From: Candidatus Poribacteria bacterium
Lineage (GTDB): Bacteria; Poribacteria; WGA-4E; WGA-3G
Assembly (NCBI GenBank): GCA_965197475.1
Contig: CBDANF010000002.1
Location: 864,001-928,000 of the forward strand
Direction of reading: 5' to 3'
Length of the DNA: 64,000 nt
Shown: positions 60,348 to 64,000 of the stretch, piece by piece
Layout: each line of letters starts with the position of its first letter
Numbering within the stretch: position 1 is the first letter of the stretch
Position numbers and translations under genes: made by a program
Notes under the pieces: model-generated
Told to the model about the DNA's origin: nothing
Database searches by the model: none
What the model saw: only the letters and a program-made list of their open reading frames with translations

Positions 60348-60579
60348 AAATGTGCGGACAAAATTTGGCAGTTTATTCTGGTGACGGTAACGTGCTTTGG
60401 GAAGAAATCGTCAAATTTAATTCAGCAGAGAACATATCTTGAAAGTCAATTTCAAATCGGAGTACTTTTAAAACCGCTGCTAAGCGAAGGAATCAAAATC
60501 TGCTATACACTAACCCATCCTTCAGCAGCAGACGTGACACAAATCCCTCATCAGTGCTTCCCTCCCACAGAAAAATCAG

Positions 60580-60608
60580 TTGAATTTTCTGCGTAAATCT
60601 TGTATAAT
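60580..60608 (+). promoter_or_regulatory. Sigma70 promoter
   Basis: TTGAAT-N17-TATAAT upstream of 60673. Confidence 0.55.
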
Positions 60609-60672
60609 TTCATAATCTAATACACACTAATGCGCTCACAAACTGATATAACAAAACTTGGAGGTATTCATC

Positions 60673-61371
60673 ATGTGGTTTGGTTGGTTTGATCCAATGT
60701 ATTTCGTATTTCTCGCCCCTGGTCTTGCTTTATCGCTATATGCGACATGGAAGACAAAATCAACATTCTCTAAATATTCAAAAATCGGTTCGCAAAAGCG
60801 GATGACAGGCGCGCAAGCAGCAGCACTCATGTTGCAAAGAAGCGGCATTGATAATATCAAAATTGAACACACAGGTGGGTGGTTGAGTGACCACTACGAC
60901 CCCCGCAAAAAAGTCCTACGGTTGTCGAACGATGTGTACTCAAGTCATTCACTATCCGCAATTGGAGTTGCATGTCATGAAGCAGGGCATGCGATGCAGG
61001 ACGCAAACGGCTACGCAATGTTAAACCTCCGTAGTGCGCTTGTTCCAGTAACTAACTTTAGTTCTATTTTTTCGTATATCGTAATGATAGGCGGATTTCT
61101 TCTCCAGTTTAGAGGTTTAATATTGGTAGGTGTATGTCTATTTTCAGTGGGTGTAGTGTTTACACTGGTAACACTTCCAGTGGAATGGGATGCGAGTCGG
61201 CGAGCCAAAATTGCCATTGACGAGGTAGGGATGTTATCACCCGAAGAAAGTCGTCATGCAAGCAAAGTGCTTAATGCTGCATTTTTAACATATCTCGCAG
61301 CAGCAATTACAAGCCTGCTTACGCTTCTTTACTATCTGTTCCGGTTAGGGATTTTGGGTGGTGATGAATAA
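60673..61371 (+). CDS. Membrane zinc metallopeptidase (YugP-like)
   Basis: LSDHYDP, HEAGHA, TLPVEWDASRRA, VLNAAFLTY. Confidence 0.9.
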   Translation: MWFGWFDPMYFVFLAPGLALSLYATWKTKSTFSKYSKIGSQKRMTGAQAAALMLQRSGIDNIKIEHTGGWLSDHYDPRKKVLRLSNDVYSSHSLSAIGVACHEAGHAMQDANGYAMLNLRSALVPVTNFSSIFSYIVMIGGFLLQFRGLILVGVCLFSVGVVFTLVTLPVEWDASRRAKIAIDEVGMLSPEESRHASKVLNAAFLTYLAAAITSLLTLLYYLFRLGILGGDE

Positions 61372-61422
61372 ATTATGTAGATGGCGCGGCGTGGAACCGC
61401 GCCTTTTAAGAATGTAAACGAT

Positions 61423-61851
61423 TCAACCCTTGCTCTCAATATCAACACCGGGCCACTGATCGTTCCGTTCGGTAATATCAACGACAATGCCGTCAGGGTC
61501 TTCAACTTTGAAAGCTTCAGAGGGCAACTCATTAGAGTTCGGGTTGTAAGGTTTGGTGCCATCTAAACCTTCCCAAGTAATTTCAAAGCCGAGGTCCTCA
61601 CACCGCTTTGCTGCTTCTCGCAAATCCGGAACGCGCACGCCGATGTGAAGATAGTCTAACATTCCACCGGCATGTTCGGGACGTTCTGGACCATTGTGCT
61701 GAAACACGCGAAAATTGTGATAACCGTCTGTCAGATCGTAGCATCCGTTTTTAGTTGAGGAAACGCTCAAACCGAGCGCATCGCGCCAGAAACGGATACT
61801 TTTTTCTAAATTCGTTGTGCGAACACCGATATGTACAAGTGTTGTTGACAT
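61423..61851 (-). CDS. VOC/glyoxalase family protein
   Basis: HIGVRTTNLEKSIRFW, HIGVRV, DPDG. Confidence 0.85.
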   Translation of the reverse strand: MSTTLVHIGVRTTNLEKSIRFWRDALGLSVSSTKNGCYDLTDGYHNFRVFQHNGPERPEHAGGMLDYLHIGVRVPDLREAAKRCEDLGFEITWEGLDGTKPYNPNSNELPSEAFKVEDPDGIVVDITERNDQWPGVDIESKG

Positions 61852-61902
61852 GAATGATTCTCCTTTTTGGTAATGTAAGGAAGCACGAAATTTGTTTATC
61901 GC

Positions 61903-62694
61903 TTAGACCCATACAGTTGGTTCCCGATCTTCAGCGCGGTGTTCAAATAGCAGTTTGACACCATCCGGGAACTGGTCAAACGTTTCACCAGGGACCGTAG
62001 CGGTATTGACACCGAAGAGTTCCAAATTCAACCACCACGGAGCATACCTGACAACAACCGCAGTGCGGCGACCATCGCTTGGATTTTCTGCATTGGAATG
62101 CCAAATTCGGCTGTCCATGATAAGCACACTGCCCGCGCCACCGACGGCTTGCATTTCACCCTCAAGCGGGTTGCGATCACCGATGCCGTCCTCTTTGCCT
62201 CGCGGATTCCGGAGGTCAACATGTGACTTTGGTACAATCCAAGTGCCACCGTTTTCTGTCGTAAAATCGGTGAGCATCCACAGTGTCGTGATACCGATTA
62301 CAGCAGTCGGAAACGGTTGAGTGATATGCCATTTCTGGTTCAAATCATACGGAAAGTCAGAGTGATATGCACGCATCAATTTGTAATGTGGCGGTCGAAT
62401 CTTATACTCTGCTTGGGAGATACGCACCTGCGGTCCCAATAATTCGCGGATGACTGCAAGGAGACGTTCGTTCGCCAGATGTTCGGCAAAATGCGGCATA
62501 AAACTTATAACGTTGCGTTCCCATCTACCGTTTTCTTTGCTGAATTGGTTGTAGTCTTCTGATGAGGTTTCTACCTCTTCTCGAATTGAATCAACAACAT
62601 CTGTGGGAATAACATTCTCAAGCACACACCAACCTTCTTCACGCAGCTGCGTAATATAAGGATTGAGGGTTTCTGATAAATTATCAGTAGTCAT
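61903..62694 (-). CDS. PhyH family dioxygenase with canonical HxD motif
   Basis: YHSD, DFTTENGGT.IVPKSH, DSRIWH, R. Confidence 0.88.
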   Translation of the reverse strand: MTTDNLSETLNPYITQLREEGWCVLENVIPTDVVDSIREEVETSSEDYNQFSKENGRWERNVISFMPHFAEHLANERLLAVIRELLGPQVRISQAEYKIRPPHYKLMRAYHSDFPYDLNQKWHITQPFPTAVIGITTLWMLTDFTTENGGTWIVPKSHVDLRNPRGKEDGIGDRNPLEGEMQAVGGAGSVLIMDSRIWHSNAENPSDGRRTAVVVRYAPWWLNLELFGVNTATVPGETFDQFPDGVKLLFEHRAEDREPTVWV

Positions 62695-62751
62695 TCTGTC
62701 CTCCTTTGGAATACTGAAATTGGAAAGGATAATACAGTTCTACAGTCTAAC

Positions 62752-62846
62752 TAATACCAAATTGACTTGATCCCACTCGGTAGGTGCGGTTTCTAACCGC
62801 ACCTAATACCAAGAAAAATGAGATAAATCCGGTTAATTTGGTATAA
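62752..62846. mobile_element. ~90 bp MITE with a GTAG hairpin
   Basis: TAA-TACCAAATTG...GTAGGTGCGGTTTCTAACCGCACCTA...TTAATTTGGTA-TAA; interior type matches 57846-57940. Confidence 0.8.
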
Positions 62847-62889
62847 TAAATCGTGTGAGGGGTTATAAACCCGAATTTCAACGTTCTAC

Positions 62890-63276
62890 TTAATCATCAC
62901 GCTCTTTGTTATGGCTAATTGCGACCTTAATAAGCGGTGTGAGACGCATAATTTTGCCGAGTGAACCGGTGATACCGATTTCGCGCGTTGTAATCGCACC
63001 CATGACGTTGAGTTCACCTGTCCAAAATTTGTATGCAACATCCCCTGTCATTGTCAGTTCCACATCGGGAGTAGCATCACTACGGACATCTCTGGAGATG
63101 GTATATTCACCATTCGCTGCAGTTAACGTCATTACACAATCTGGCATCGTATAATTAAATCTAACGCACAACGTCAGTGATTTGATAGTCTCTTGCGCTT
63201 CTGGTAAGGTGGCAATTTCTTCAAACAGTTCGCTGATATAACAATAAAGTTGATCTGGAGTTTCAAATATAGCCAT
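62890..63276 (-). CDS. SCP2 sterol-carrier-domain protein
   Basis: PDVELTM...FWTGELN...AIT...I.ITG. Confidence 0.75.
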   Translation of the reverse strand: MAIFETPDQLYCYISELFEEIATLPEAQETIKSLTLCVRFNYTMPDCVMTLTAANGEYTISRDVRSDATPDVELTMTGDVAYKFWTGELNVMGAITTREIGITGSLGKIMRLTPLIKVAISHNKERDD

Positions 63277-63379
63277 AGTTTGTGGTATAGCATACCTTAA
63301 TAACACATTGAAGGTCAAATTAAAAATGAAAAAAAACCCTTTTCACTATTTTGTCAAAGGTTTTGAAAAAATAACGGAT

Positions 63380-63937
63380 ATGGATCCTTACAATAAGGAA
63401 GGAATTGTAGAAACATTCCAAGAATTTTATGGTCAGGACAATCTCCGATACAAATCACCTGCAGGTTATATAGACATAGTACAAACCCGTTTCCATATTT
63501 CACATTTATTTTTTAACGATAATTCCACTTTTTACGCGCCGCTATCAACACCAGAAACCGAATTGCTTAAGCGTACAAAAGATATATTGGATAAATATTT
63601 TTGTGGCGATCCAGTAGACTTCCGAGAAATTCCTGTTGCAGTAGAGATGGGAACTGCTTTTCAGGATGCGGTTTGGGATACTATTTATCAGATTCCGTAT
63701 GGCGAGGTACGCAGCTACAAATGGATAGCAGAACAGATTGGTAAACCGAAAGCTGTTCGCGCTGTAGGAAATGCTACTGGGAGCAATCCGATTTCAATTA
63801 TCATTCCGTGCCATCGTGTAATTGGGAGTAATGGCAATTTAGGCGGTTATGGTGGTGGTATTGAACGGAAACGTCAATTGCTAACGTTTGAAGGATATCC
63901 GATTGAGGTGTTAAAAAAACCGCGTGGGGGTTTTTGA
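63380..63937 (+). CDS. ogt: Methylated-DNA--protein-cysteine methyltransferase (start uncertain)
   Basis: GTAFQ..VW, IPYGEVRSY, RAVG, IPCHRV, GYGGG. Confidence 0.9.
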   Translation: MDPYNKEGIVETFQEFYGQDNLRYKSPAGYIDIVQTRFHISHLFFNDNSTFYAPLSTPETELLKRTKDILDKYFCGDPVDFREIPVAVEMGTAFQDAVWDTIYQIPYGEVRSYKWIAEQIGKPKAVRAVGNATGSNPISIIIPCHRVIGSNGNLGGYGGGIERKRQLLTFEGYPIEVLKKPRGGF

Positions 63938-63939
63938 TT

Positions 63940-64000
63940 GTGGAAAATAAGAAGTATAAAGGCAAATCAACCGAAGCTATTCATGCGGGAGAAGGGTTAC
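63940..64000 (+). CDS. Start of a probable Cys/Met metabolism PLP-dependent enzyme (runs off window end)
   Basis: GTG start, MENKKYKGKSTEAIHAGE; T..IHAG is typical of cystathionine gamma-synthase/lyase N-termini; only 20 codons visible. Confidence 0.5.
   Translation, partial: MENKKYKGKSTEAIHAGEGL

Overview
A gene-dense bacterial window with no rRNA, tRNA or CRISPR array that I could see. The gene content (several PhyH dioxygenases, Gfo/Idh/MocA oxidoreductases, WD40, LRR, ankyrin and TPR proteins, a DUF1549/DUF1553 + DUF1501 cluster) suggests a sponge-symbiont lineage such as Candidatus Poribacteria; this is inference only. Housekeeping genes (rpiA, bioF, murB, ogt) are scattered among accessory genes. 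The best candidate for an undescribed system is a co-oriented cluster of about 17 kb (34791-51751). It encodes a caspase-like lipoprotein, a five-repeat beta-flower-like protein, an Hsp70-vWA fusion, a GrpE-like protein, a second lid-less Hsp70, a beta-barrel-like protein, and three membrane proteins that share a near-identical, HPD-less J-domain-like N-terminal module fused to different cargo, followed by an FGE/SUMF1-domain protein and a CsgG-like lipoprotein. Other points of note: an IS nested inside a MITE with both target duplications intact; a family of ~90 bp TWA-flanked MITEs carrying GTAG REP-like hairpins; two PhyH enzymes with an HxA (halogenase-like) motif; a tandem LRR-DUF1501 duplication; and many frameshifted genes, several of them defence-like. 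All family assignments come from recognising motifs by eye, not from database searches.
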